A stretch of DNA of 63,440 bases, filler included, from Licmophora abbreviata (GCA_900291995.1; 12 parts of 12 records of this genome joined end to end with filler, not necessarily neighbours in it); one strand, 5' to 3'. Counted from the first letter of the whole stretch, positions 36,987 to 48,468 are shown. Numbers and translations: made by a program. The notes: generated by a model not told the origin, from the sequence alone.

Positions 36987-37151
36987 GCAACAATGTGATA
37001 GTTTCCTTTTTTACTTTACTCCCCAAGGCTCGTCGTTCATTATAATTCATAATAATCAAATCCCTCGTTCCCCTTGTAAAAACTTGACGCGCCCTTGCCC
37101 CCAGACTGCAATCTGGTCGCGACATGTTTCATCCCCCTTTCTCTGTCCCTA

Positions 37152-37895
37152 TTATTGCCCCATGGGTGCCATCAGTAGCAGTATCCCTCCCCAACTCAAA
37201 GCCAGGACGACTGACGTACATCTGCCGTTTCTGCCAAAAGACCCCGATGTAACGGATGCTTTCGTTGTCGTGCTTTCTGGTAATTCAGCTGCAGTGATAT
37301 CCTCAGACTCGTCACCCAGACTATTGGAAGGATTTCCAGATTGACTTGTGGGATCGTCTCGACTGCCCATGAATGTATCATCGCACTCGATGCACGTGGG
37401 AGCTGAGGTGGTGGTTGGCGCAGCTGGTGCAGCTGTTGGTGTTGGCGCGGGTGTTGGTGCTGGTGTTGGATCTGATGTCGGTTCTGGTGTTGGTTTTGGT
37501 GTCGGTCTGGGTGTCGGTCTGGGTGTCGGTCTCGGCGTTGGTCTGGGTGTTGGTTTCGGTGTTGGCGCCGGCGTTGGTCTGGGTGTTGGTGCGGGTACTG
37601 CTATTGCGGCTGCTGGTGCGCTCGGCCCCTTGGAACTGTCACTTGCTTTCTTTCCTGTAGAAGGTGCCTTAGATCCACTCCCTTGTTTTGATTTCTGTTT
37701 GCCTTGAGAGGGTGAGCTGTCCGCTTCACTGACTCTCGAAAATACGTTGTCCCCTTTCCATGTGTTTCGACGTCCATGCTTGCTGATGCTGTTGGATCGA
37801 GCCTCTGTCGAATGCAAGCTAGTGCACACTATACAAAGTACTACTGGCAGAAGGAGCCTTGGTGCGTTCAGTATCATGATGCCCCTTTTTCCCAT
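37152..37895 (-). CDS. Secreted K/S-rich, (PTPx)n-repeat surface protein with CIECDD motif and hydrophobic C-terminus
   Basis: Signal peptide; K/S/G-rich block; 12-nt tandem repeat encoding [12 protein letters not shown] (about 37430-37595); C-terminal hydrophobic tail. Confidence 0.8.
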   Translation of the reverse strand: MGKRGIMILNAPRLLLPVVLCIVCTSLHSTEARSNSISKHGRRNTWKGDNVFSRVSEADSSPSQGKQKSKQGSGSKAPSTGKKASDSSKGPSAPAAAIAVPAPTPRPTPAPTPKPTPRPTPRPTPRPTPRPTPKPTPEPTSDPTPAPTPAPTPTAAPAAPTTTSAPTCIECDDTFMGSRDDPTSQSGNPSNSLGDESEDITAAELPESTTTKASVTSGSFGRNGRCTSVVLALSWGGILLLMAPMGQ

Positions 37896-38440
37896 GACGA
37901 TGATAGTGCGTTCTCGCGGTATTGAGGTGCTTTCATGTACCGGTACGTGGTGCGAACGCTATCATAGACCCGGGAGCCTGCTGATGGTCTCGATAGGGTT
38001 CGAAATTTTCGTCGACTCGTGTGCTGAAACTTGGAGCATTCATTTGTATTCTGCTTTTGGATACATGTATGTACAATTAATGTTACAACCGTTGGAGGTT
38101 TTCCCGCCAAAAATGGGTCCATACAAATCTGCAGAGCACAAACTTGTAGAGTACCAATCGGTGGAGCCCAAATGCGCGAGCTCCGGACACAACTTCTTTT
38201 AGAACCGAGTGAGAGGCCCGGTGATAGGTTTGGTGATGATGATGCTTGGAAGCACATCGAGAAGCAGATGAGCGCCGTACCGGTATCATACAAGGCCGCA
38301 TCATGCATGGTCTCGGTTAGAAAAGTTTAATACGCGAGGCGGGGCGATCCTGATTTTGGGCCTGCTGTGTTGTGTTTTTACGAACAATAGGGACGTTTTC
38401 TGGACTCGTCGAAACATTGGCGTATTCTCACTGAGTCGTG

Positions 38441-40140
38441 ATGAGGACTGGCACAGCTCGATGCAATATCCCACGTCTAGCTTTGGTTTTGACCAGCCTC
38501 ATTGCCACTGTCGCGTCACAGGGCAACTTTCCTCGCTACGCATGCGAGACGGCCATTGAGAAAGTCCTTTTTGGATCAGGAAATTACAGGGGCTCGATTG
38601 TACCCATCGTTTCGGGAGACGTTCTTGACGTGGGCATCCAAATGGAAGCTCAGAGGATTCAAATCTCCAACCATGGCGTCGACGGAGGTAGCGTAGATGT
38701 GTTTGGAAGTATAATTGTGACTTGGAAAGACGAGCGACTCAGGTTTGACGGCATCGATTTCAACAACACTTGCGAGATATCATCCATTCAGTTGGCTCCA
38801 GAGGAAATCTGGGTGCCAGAGCTCGCAGGAAATGTCTTTGAGACGGTACACGGGCCAAGGGTGACATTATCTAGTGATGGAAGTGCCTTGTGGCGTATGT
38901 TGGGTTCGCTGCGTCTTGCTTGTCGTATTACCGGGAGTGGGCTAGTTGAAGATCCCAGCAAGATCTGCGTGGCCGAACTTTCGGACGAAACTGGCACGGT
39001 ACGCTATGTCTCTGGAGGTATCCTCGTGAACGACGGTGTCTCGATTCCCGAGTACAGAGTGAATCGGAACGTTTCCTCTGCAGCACTTGATGGGGCGGTG
39101 CAGCTCGAGCTGGACTTCGATCCACTCTGGGACGATTGCAATGTTTGTGGACACTCGGACGGCGCCCTCCTGGATAAAGTCGTCAAGTATTACCCAGAGA
39201 TTTGGCTGGATCGATTTCCTCATACTCAAGGGTGGAACTGTACGCAGCTTGATCTCATGCTGCAGGCCTTGAACGTGTCTGACGCCACATGTCTGGAGGG
39301 ACGAGCCTACTTTNNNNNNNNNNNNNNNNNNNNNNNNNNNNNNNNNNNNNNNNNNNNTTAATTAATTAANNNNNNNNNNNNNNNNNNNNNNNNNNNNNNN
39401 NNNNNNNNNNNNNCTACATCATTTTTACGTACTTGGCATTTGGGATGCTTTTCGTCGACTATCGCGTTGGGGAGAGGCTTGCCTACGGTAAGCTTGTGCG
39501 CGTTGCTTAGTTGGGGAGACATGGATGCCACTGCTCAACTTCGCTCGCTCCCCACCTAGGTTCCTCTATTCTGTTCGTCATTGTGGCGCAAGACATTACG
39601 TTGGCAGGAAGTACACCAGTTACGCAAGAGTACCTCTGGATCTACAAGCTATCTTTTGGCTCCAAGATGTTCATCGTTTATTCCATTGTATATTCAGTCG
39701 TCATCCTCTACGTGTACGCCCACGATTCATGGGAAGCGGATAAGCCAATTGCTGAAGAGGGGTCTCCTGAAGAGGCGAAACCCTTCATTGGAGAAGGTGA
39801 TGGAGCTGCAAACGATATGGATACTTTCATGGAAGATGGCATGGCCATCAATGAGGCAACCCAGGCAACCCTCGATAACAACAACTTTCGAGAGAGTTCT
39901 GAAATACCAAGCTCTCGTGAGACCGCGTCCGTGGATCGCTCGAAAAAGAACGCACAGAGCCACCTATCATCGCGGCCATACGAAATACTCTGCTCGTTCC
40001 TGTGCTGTCGCGATTTGGAGGAACTAAAGAGCGTGCACAAACTCGCTTATCTCCGAGCCGTGGACCTTCGCATGGCCATCATCTGCATTGCTGCGTATAC
40101 GCTGTTCCTTATCATAATGTTTACTGCTGGGCTGTCCTAG
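38441..40140 (+). CDS. Pentameric ligand-gated ion channel (Cys-loop receptor)-like subunit
   Basis: Signal peptide; VTWKDERLRF, IWVPEL, VTLSSDGSALW; M1, VGERLAYG|SSILF M2 (intron 39488-39559), M2-M3 proline (STPVT), M3, M4 AVDLRMAII. Gap at 39314-39413. Confidence 0.82.
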
Positions 40141-40601
40141 CTGGCTCTAATCGACATTACAACGATACAATTTTGAACGAGTCACTTGTCAGCATCGATA
40201 CTCAAGTAGTAGACTACCTGGTACCCGGTATCCCATTAACTTTTGAGAATTGAATTTCAAAGTTACGGCCAGACTTTCTGTATCGTAGCAAACAAACATG
40301 GCCGTCCCGTTGTATAGTATTGAGGCAGGCCCCCCCAAAGGCGGCAACGAAAACGACGAAATGAGAAAGAGCTCGCACAGAGTTCGTGGCGCCGCAACGC
40401 CGAAAGATCCAAAATAGTCTAATGCAAACTGTCGTCGTGGTGTTGTGGTTGCGCAGGAACGTGAGGCCGATGAGGTGAAACGGTTTGCACTTGGGAGCAT
40501 ACGCTTTGCTACTAGTCTCATATCTCGTCCTTTCACTTTCTTGAAGAGACAACGAAGTGAACGAAACGGCAAAAAATATCTCAAAATACTGGTTCGTCAT
40601 C

Positions 40602-43600
40602 ATGTCTTCTACTTCGTCGTCATGGGGAGACTGGATGGGAGCCTGGAAAGTCAACAACGCCGATGAGGAAGCCGAGCGCATTGATCGTCAAAAGGCTGCC
40701 TTTGGTGGAGACATGGTGGCACGCATCAAAGATTTGAATGTGTTGATTGTGGGGTGCCGTGGAGTCGGAGTGGAATGTGCCAAGAACATCATCCTAAGTA
40801 ACGTTGGCAGCGTGGTGCTGTACGATGTCGAGCCGGTACAAATGTGCGATTTGGGGACGAACTTTTACCTCCATGAGTCGCATGTCGATGATGACACTGC
40901 TACTCGTGCCAGCGCTTGTTTGCCCTCTCTCAAGACGTTGAATCCCTACTGTCGGGTCGAGGCGTGTGATAGCATCGGTGACGAGTACGTCTCTTCTCCG
41001 AATGTACTGGCTACCGGCATGCCTTTTTCGGCCATTGTCGTTACGACACTCCTACCGAAATCCGAATTGTATCGTCTCGACACACTCGCACGGTCCCGCA
41101 ACATGGCATTCATCCTTGCTGTCACGCATGGTGTGACATCGTCCATCTTTAGTGATTTCGGTGACTATCACGAAATTACCGACGTCAACGGCGAACCGAC
41201 CCAAACACTCGCTGTGAGCAACATTGAAGTCATTCCCAAGCCACCTCTACTGAAAGTGGAAGGCGCCAAGGATGGGGATATGCTGGTACTAATTACTGTC
41301 GCTCAGAGCGATCATGGGTTGGACAATGGCGATTGTGTCGTGTTGGATGACATGAGGGATGCACTTGCCTCGCTGAACACTCGTCAGTTTCAAGTACAGC
41401 GAGTCGCATTTCAGTCTCCCTCCTCTGCCAAAGTGGATACGACCGATGTTGCCTTTCAGGAGGCCTTGAAGCAGCCAACGTCTGCCGCCCTCGACAATTT
41501 TCAGCGGCAGTATGATTATTATCATCGTCAATATGAAGCGGAGAGTGAATGTGATGATAACACCAAAAAGAAGAAGTTTGCGGTTCGAACGATTACCATG
41601 TTCAATCGACTGGCGTTGGTATTGACTAATGAGGATGGTGTGTCGCCAGACTTGTTTGGCTCCTATGAAGCGGGTGGACTGCTTCATCAAGTGCGTCCGG
41701 TCGTCGTGAAGCAGTACAAGTCCCTCCAAGAGACATTGGAAAACGGCACGGCCGTACCGCAAATGTTGCGTGGAGAGGATTGGGAAGAAGGAAAGGGTAT
41801 TGAAATTCACCTTTCCGTGATGGCCGCGCTAGACTTTTATGGAGAACTGCAGCGCTGGCCTTGTATTCATGATCCCGACGATGCTAGCAAGATGCTGGAG
41901 CTCGCAAAGTCCATTTCTTCTGCACATAGTTCCAAGGAAGGAGCTTGCTGGGCGCAGAAGGTAGAATTCGGGTTCCCCTCCGGTGACGAACGGGATATCG
42001 ACGAGAATCGCATCAAACGCTTTGCTCGACTTTTTCGAACGGAACTGACCGGCTTCTGTGCCTTTTTGGGGGGAGTGGCAGCGCAGGAAGTCTTGAAGAA
42101 AACTGGAAAGTTCACCCCAATTGATCAATGGATCCATCACGATGAGCATTCCTTGGCGGCAGACGAATGTTCGTCCAACGTGATGCCCTTATTCGGGTCT
42201 CGCTACGACCATCAGATTGCAGTGATGGGAAAAGACTTTCAGGAGCGTGCAGCGAATCAGCGTGTCTTCTTAGTGGGCTGCGGTGCACTCGGTTGCGAGT
42301 ATCTCAAGGGATTGTCCCTAATGGGTGTGGTACGGGACGCAACGGCTCGATTTATGTTACCGACATGGATCGCATCGAAGTCAGTAATCTCTCGCGTCAG
42401 TTCTTGTTTCGTGATGCAGATGTGGGAAGTCCCAAGTCTGTCAGTGGAGCGCGCGTGGTCAAGGAGTGGAATCCTCAGATGAACATCACGGCGTTGGAGA
42501 AGAAGGTGGGACCGGACACGGAGGATTTCTTTGATGATAACTTCTGGGGGTCGCTAGATGTCTGCTGGAATGCTTTGGACAACGTAGTGGCTCGAAAGTA
42601 CACGGACGCTTGCTGTCTCTTCTTCTCTAAGCCATTGCTCGAGAGTGGGACTTTGGGAACCAAGTGCAACCATGAAGTCGTCTTGCCCTATCGTACTTCT
42701 TCGTACAACGATGGGAAGGAGTCGGACGAAAACGAGAATCAGATTGCCATGTGCACCCTTCGCTCGTTTCCTTATCTTCCACTCCACTGCATCGAGTTTG
42801 CCAAGCAGGCCTACTTTTCAGATTACTTTTGCTTCGCGCCTGATCAGTACGAAACTTTCCGAAAGGATCGCGCTTCCTTTTTTGAACAGCTGGACACGAT
42901 GGATGCTGGGGAGCAGCTCAAGAGTCTTCGTATGATTGACTCCTTCATTAAGCTGCAGAACGACGCTGGTGGGAAAATAGACTTTGACACGTGCGTTCGC
43001 ATTGCCTTCGATCGCATGATGGAAGATTTCCGTACTTCTGTTCTCAACTTGTGCTATGCAGCCGACCAGATGGAAAAGTCGGACGGAAAAAAGTTCTGGA
43101 CTGGAACGAAGCGACGCCCTCGTGCCGTTGAATGGTCTGACAGGGCTGTCCCAGAGCTGATGGAATATCTCTACTGCGCCGCCAATCTGTATGCGGTGGT
43201 GTGGGGCCTCGAGCCTGTCCGCGATCGGTCCCAGTTTGAAGAGGTTGTCGCTAGTTTGAAGCTGAAGCAGCCGGACTGGTCGCCTTCGGCGGAAAATGTG
43301 GATCTCAATGAGGAGGACGACACTGGAGAAGGTGGAGATGCTTCCGAGCAAGCGGAAAAGCTCAAGGCAGATCTCTACTCGTTCGACGTATCCACCCTAC
43401 AGCCCGCTTCGGCTCATGACTTTGAAAAGGATGACGATCTGAACTTTCACATTGACTTTCTAACCATCGCTACCAATATGCGAGCCTGGAACTATGATAT
43501 CAAAGAGTCACAGCGCCACACGGTCAAGGTGACGGCTGGCAGAATCATCCCAGCCCTGGCGACGACAACGGCCATGGTGTGCGGTCTTGTCGACATTGAA

Positions 43601-44344
43601 TTCTGTAAGCTCGTGCTAGGACTCCAGTCGATGGGTCGAGAGAAGTTTCTCAACTCAAACATCAATCTGGCGGCAGGATCGGGCAACTTTACGACGTACT
43701 CGCCCGACCCTCCTGTGTCTTTGTCGACGGGTCTCAAATTGCCCCACCCGGAAGTATTCAGCTCATGGGACAAAATCGACATTGTTTCTGTGGCTTCGGA
43801 GAAAAGTGTAGAGCAACTTGTTGCGTACCTCGAACACGCCTTCAATGTGACGGTTGATCGCATCTTTTCCTTTGGAAGCCAGGAGGACAGGGCGATCTAC
43901 AAGGCAACGGACAAGCAGAAATTGGATTGGGAAATCACGTTTGACGAAGGAGGCAAGCCGCAGGTATCGGATGGAGTGTTCGCGCTGTGGCCGCAGATGA
44001 GGATGGCCGTGCAGATGCTCTCGAGGCTCCCCCCATCCAGCGGGCAGCGCAAAGTCTTTGAAGGCCAGGTTGCAAATGTGAAGAAGGCCCTCGACAAGAC
44101 CAAGGAGAGCTTTGCGGATACGTTCCATGGCCCCGTTTCCAAGGCTTATCGGGCCACGTATGAACCGGAAGACGACACCGAGAAGAAGTACTTTGACGCA
44201 GTGTTTGGCCGCAGCGACTACTTGAAGTTAGGAGTCCATTGCCACACGGAGGGCGGTGAAGATATTCACTTGCCGTGCATCAAGTACAACTATTCGAATG
44301 GAGGAAGCGAACCCGCGGTTAAGCGACCCAAGGTAGAGAATTGA
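40602..44344 (+). CDS. Ubiquitin-activating enzyme E1 (UBA1/UBA6 family), divergent, with an apparent 1-nt frameshift at 42329-42330
   Basis: IDRQ..LIVGCRGVGVECAKNIIL; RYDHQI..LVGCGALGCE; DMDRIEVSNLSRQFLF; ALDNVVAR; LESGTLGTK; catalytic IAMCTLRSFP; FEKDDD; AGRIIPALATTTA. One extra G restores MGVGTGRNG. Confidence 0.92.
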
Positions 44345-44784
44345 CTTCGACTAGAGAGAGAGTCAAACGTAGAGAGCAATTGACGTTGATTGTACTACCG
44401 GTAGGCATGATTGATGCGTCTGTCCAATCTATGATTCAAAGGATTAGCTGTTCCTAGGGTAAATAGGGTTATGAGCTACTTGGAGCATGTTCCATACTCG
44501 TACTCACCTTTTGGGCGTGCTGTGAATTTGAAAAACGCTTCCACACGAGTGATCGATATTGAACATCAGTACTTGCTTACATCAGTTTAAAAATGGGTTC
44601 AGTCAAAACTTGGAAGTGAAGCTTCAAATTGAAAATTTTAATATTTCAAAACGCAACACAAGATTCACAAGATGGGACTGGCACTATTTAATATTTCATT
44701 CGTAGTTTTGCCGTCTCCGCGCTTGTTCCAGAGAGGTACTGTGACTGCCACTCCACTCACTCATCATTCTCTAGCAAAAGCACC

Positions 44785-45366
44785 ATGTGGGTCAGAACGC
44801 TTCTCTCATTGTGGGTGTTACTGTTGGCGTTGTGTTTCGCGACCGCCAGCAGCGCAGGACCAACGAGACGACACAACAATAGCAAGGGTTTGACCCAGGC
44901 ACGACAGGCCAGGGATGAAAAAACGAGGCGACGAGCCACGTCAGGCGAAGACGAGCTGTACGACTCTGGTCCGACGAGTAAAGCTTCTTCAAAGAGAGGA
45001 AAAGGATCAGCCGATTCAAAAAAGGGTGGCAAGAAGCATGCCTCCAAAACTCAAGTGACGAGTAAGAAGAGTTCGAAAAAGAGTCATTCCAAGCACCGAA
45101 ATGGATCTCGGAGTAGCGACGACAAGGATGAAAAGTCACCGCAACATCCCACGCCTCCTCCATCAACGGTGTCTCCTACGATTGCACCCACATGCATTGA
45201 GTGCGACGACCTCAACTTTGCCTTTCTGACATCCAATGAGAAGGAAGGTGCCGAACATTCATCAGGGTCGAATAGTAGAAGTCGTAGTAGTATGCAATGG
45301 AGGGGGCTGTGCACATGTGCTGCCATGCTAGCGTCCTTCTCCTTGTTTCTCGGGCGCATGTGGTAG
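44785..45366 (+). CDS. Secreted K/S-rich surface protein with CIECDD motif and hydrophobic C-terminus
   Basis: Signal peptide; KKSSKKSHSK-type KxxK block; P/T stalk; APTCIECDD; hydrophobic tail. Confidence 0.8.
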   Translation: MWVRTLLSLWVLLLALCFATASSAGPTRRHNNSKGLTQARQARDEKTRRRATSGEDELYDSGPTSKASSKRGKGSADSKKGGKKHASKTQVTSKKSSKKSHSKHRNGSRSSDDKDEKSPQHPTPPPSTVSPTIAPTCIECDDLNFAFLTSNEKEGAEHSSGSNSRSRSSMQWRGLCTCAAMLASFSLFLGRMW

Positions 45367-45458
45367 TCGACGGAGGTGTCGCCAGTAGACTCATGATCGA
45401 ATAAAAAGAACTATAGATAGTATTTCACCTCTGCATCGATCCTGCCGTTGTACTACGA

Positions 45459-46454
45459 TCACTTCTTGTTGCTGTAGTCTCGCACTCCAAAGATGGTACT
45501 TCCCACTCGGATATTGGTGGATCCTCTCGCAATTGCATCCACATAATCTCCCGACATGCCCATGCTAAGTTCGAGATTGGACATTGACTTCTCCTCCTCA
45601 CCAGCAACGATCTTGTCTCGACACTCCCGAAGCGTATCGAAACAAGTCAAGTCTCCCGGAGCTCCAATCGTCATGAGTCCCTGCACGTTTAGTCGCGGAC
45701 AGTTGTCCAGGATACTTCGAATCAGTTCCGTCACTTCGTCGGGCGACACTCCCGACTTTGATTCTTCACCGGACGTGTTGACTTGCACAAAGATGTTCAA
45801 TTTCTTCTTCTCGTCCTCATCATTGCTACACACTTCTTCCATGGCCCTGTTGAGTTTGTTGGCCAATTTCAGTGTCGCCACAGTCTCAATCGTGAGTGCC
45901 GCACAGTGGGGCACTACACTCTTGACAAGGAGAGCCGCCTTGTTGCTTTGCAGCGGTCCAATGAAATGCCACGATATATCCTTGGGAAGTTCCGCTGCCT
46001 TTTCGATCAATTCTTGGACATAATTTTCTCCAAAGACACGATGGTCGGCGTTGTTGTAGGCTTCCAATACAAAAGAAGCGGGTTTTGTCTTGCTGACTGC
46101 CACCAAGCGAACAGGAGTCTTCTGAGTGTTGGTACTACTACACGCCTCGTCGATGTTTCGTCGTACGGTTTCCAAATTGGAAGCAATGGTGGATGATGAC
46201 GGTGTTGAAACTTCATTGGCATCGGTAGACATCATCCTCCTAAGCTGTCGTGTGCGCAGGCTTGCGATAGTAGCACTCAATTTTCTTGTTGTGGTATGAC
46301 GAAAGGATGGTAGTGCAGTGGTGCTCCAAGCAGCAGCAAGGAAGGATCCAGTTGTAGTAGTACGTCTTGAGACAAAAGGACGGTGAAAAGTAGGAGGACT
46401 TCCCCAAGCCAAAAGAGCAAGAGAGATGCACGTTCGAGACGGAGGTTTAACCAT
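45459..46454 (-). CDS. PLPBP: Pyridoxal phosphate homeostasis protein (YggS/PROSC) with organelle-targeting extension
   Basis: RLVAVSKTKP, FGENYVQE, WHFIGPLQSNK, QVNTSGEESKSG, GLMTIG, LSMGMSGDY, IRVGSTIFG. Confidence 0.95.
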   Translation of the reverse strand: MVKPPSRTCISLALLAWGSPPTFHRPFVSRRTTTTGSFLAAAWSTTALPSFRHTTTRKLSATIASLRTRQLRRMMSTDANEVSTPSSSTIASNLETVRRNIDEACSSTNTQKTPVRLVAVSKTKPASFVLEAYNNADHRVFGENYVQELIEKAAELPKDISWHFIGPLQSNKAALLVKSVVPHCAALTIETVATLKLANKLNRAMEEVCSNDEDEKKKLNIFVQVNTSGEESKSGVSPDEVTELIRSILDNCPRLNVQGLMTIGAPGDLTCFDTLRECRDKIVAGEEEKSMSNLELSMGMSGDYVDAIARGSTNIRVGSTIFGVRDYSNKK

Positions 46455-46637
46455 TCCTGTGATGGAGGATATAGCTAGACTAGAAGCAAGAGATGTCAGC
46501 AGAAGATAGTTGCTGAAAGCATCGATCTCCACAAGGTCGTTCCACAACCATACACAGAGTCGAGTCAGTCAGTCATCAGATTTTCAATTTGGAATGGTCG
46601 CGTCTTGCCGCGTGTGCGCACCTCTCGTGACTGATGT

Positions 46638-46657
46638 GTGAGTCGAGTCAGTCAGTC
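46638..46657 (-). promoter_or_regulatory. Recurrent upstream motif GACTGACTCGACTCAC (exact copies also at 29616-29631 and 55807-55822; partial at 46557-46574)
   Basis: Exact 16-mer occurs three times, always intergenic and 130-260 bp 5' of a start codon in the same orientation; function is inferred. Confidence 0.55.
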
Positions 46658-46882
46658 CCGGAATCGTGCTTGCGTTGCTAGTGTGGCTGTCCTGTGGGAG
46701 CGTTATACACAGATGGGGAGGCTGTGAAAAGTGGCTGCCGGTGGCTGCCGATGGCTGCCAGGAGCCAGGAGCCATGACCGCGGCAGTCTGCCATTTTTCA
46801 TTTTTCGGTCGCTGTCGCTGCTCCCTCAACTCTTGCTTTTACAGCAAACGTATCCCTGTGAACCACTGTAGTCAACTAAACT

Positions 46883-47533
46883 ATGAGTCCTCGCCGTAGC
46901 GCAAGTTCAATTTCGCTGCAAAGAAATTGGCAACGAAGAGGCCTTCTGACCCTTTTGGCGGTGGCATCTTCCCTGCTCTCTTGCGTCGCAGCGGACAGTT
47001 CTACTACGACTACAGTCTCCTTACAAAGTGAAAATCAAGACTACCTCGCCTACTGTCGCACTCATGGCTTTGATCCGTTCCAATTGAGCTGCGATACGTG
47101 TGCGGTGATTCTCTCCAATGACATTTGCACCAAATGTTGTCAGCCCTACAAGAATGTCAATACGCGTGTCGAGCGACACGCCTATGCACTATTGGTATAC
47201 GTCCCCAACAGCTTTCAGTCGCAACGGATGCGCATGTTTGGAGGAACGCAAGACGATGAAGTCTTGCAACTCTTGGATGACAAGGATGCTCTTGACGAGA
47301 TTCCAGCGGGGCGGTTTCGGTCTGTGCGAATCCAGGAAAGTGAGGCGTACAAGAATCATATGGCGGCGTCGACCTTGTATTGGTTGGATGCACCGCCGCC
47401 CAAGAGCGTGTTGGACAGTCCGCACCAGGCAACGAAAGTCTTGGAGCAGCTTGCTAAGTCACAAGTCCATGTGGATGGGTGGAAGAAGGATGATTTAAAG
47501 GATATGTTGTTGACTCTGTTGGAGAACAAGTAA
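46883..47533 (+). CDS. Selenoprotein F (Sep15)-like ER protein lacking Sec
   Basis: Signal peptide; Cys-rich CRTHGFDPFQLSCDTC...CTKCC domain; C-terminal VDGWKKDDLKDML resembles the Sep15 end; no in-frame TGA. Confidence 0.7.
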   Translation: MSPRRSASSISLQRNWQRRGLLTLLAVASSLLSCVAADSSTTTTVSLQSENQDYLAYCRTHGFDPFQLSCDTCAVILSNDICTKCCQPYKNVNTRVERHAYALLVYVPNSFQSQRMRMFGGTQDDEVLQLLDDKDALDEIPAGRFRSVRIQESEAYKNHMAASTLYWLDAPPPKSVLDSPHQATKVLEQLAKSQVHVDGWKKDDLKDMLLTLLENK

Positions 47534-47682
47534 CTTTGTAACATAGTATCCTTCGAGATATCACAAACAACGAATGATGACTACTACTACTTTAGAAGTT
47601 TATACGGATCGGATACATTCTACAAGATGCATGTTTCACGCCAAACAACCGAGTTGGGGTTTGCCTGCCACCGCCGCAACGA

Positions 47683-48468
47683 CTACATCATGACATGGTG
47701 GGCTACCACTCCTGCGATACAGGAGATTGCAGCGACAGCAACCGAAGGCGTTTCACTGGAACTGCTACTAGTGGAGCCGGCGATGCTCGCTTCCAAGGAG
47801 TTGAAAGACGAGGAGGCTTCGAATGTTGCAGCGTCCGACTGCGGGACTCCCGAGTAGTCGTCAGAATACACGACCATGATGGATTCGTCGTCGTACCTAT
47901 CGTCGTCGTCATCGTTGCACTTGGGGGCCTTGCTGCTACCTTTGCTGCTGCTCTTGCCAGAGTCCAAGCGACGGCCTTTGCTGCCGCCTTTGCCCTTGCT
48001 GCGACTAGAAGTCTTGGACGTCTTGAACTTGGATTCGCCTTTGCCTTTACAGGATGGAAAAAGTGACTCGGAGGGAGTGAGAGAGGCGGAGGGATGACTG
48101 GAAGGCCCAGTGCTGAAGCTTGGTTCTCCCGATGGGCTTGTCGTGGGTGGCTTGGACGGGGCCGATGAAGTGGAGGGAGTGTTCGATGGAGACAAGGAAG
48201 GTTCTTTTGATGGGGCCATAGAGGTGGAAGGGGAAGAAGAAACTGAGGGTGGGGTCGAGGGGACGAGAGTGATGGATGGGGATGCCGTCATCATCATCAT
48301 GCCCCCCTTGCTGTGTTTGCTATTGCCTTTATTTCCGCCTTTGCCGTCCTTCTTCTTGCCGCCCTTCGCGTCGTGAAGCCCACGGATGACTGATCCATAG
48401 GCATGGGCGTCACCCATTCCCCCAATGGACAATGTCAAGATTGTAACGAAATGGCAAAGGAGCTTCAT
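47683..48468 (-). CDS. Secreted silaffin/cingulin-like K/S/G-rich protein with PS-repeat stalk
   Basis: Signal peptide; IRGL and RRL RxL sites; KGGK/KTSK/KSSSK blocks; PSxxPS repeats; poly-D; hydrophobic tail. Confidence 0.75.
   Translation of the reverse strand: MKLLCHFVTILTLSIGGMGDAHAYGSVIRGLHDAKGGKKKDGKGGNKGNSKHSKGGMMMMTASPSITLVPSTPPSVSSSPSTSMAPSKEPSLSPSNTPSTSSAPSKPPTTSPSGEPSFSTGPSSHPSASLTPSESLFPSCKGKGESKFKTSKTSSRSKGKGGSKGRRLDSGKSSSKGSSKAPKCNDDDDDRYDDESIMVVYSDDYSGVPQSDAATFEASSSFNSLEASIAGSTSSSSSETPSVAVAAISCIAGVVAHHVMM

Noticed and set aside
36479..37125. Short ORFs 36431-36814, 36811-37125 and 36823-37344
   Set aside because: No recognisable domains, mostly non-ATG starts, and UTR/intergenic-like composition
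42321..42340. Programmed frameshift or split two-gene E1
   Set aside because: No slippery heptamer or intron signals; one G in a GG run restores a conserved motif, and similar indels recur across the window
47534..47680. SECIS element after the SelF-like gene
   Set aside because: No in-frame TGA and no convincing AUGA/GA stem with an apical AA
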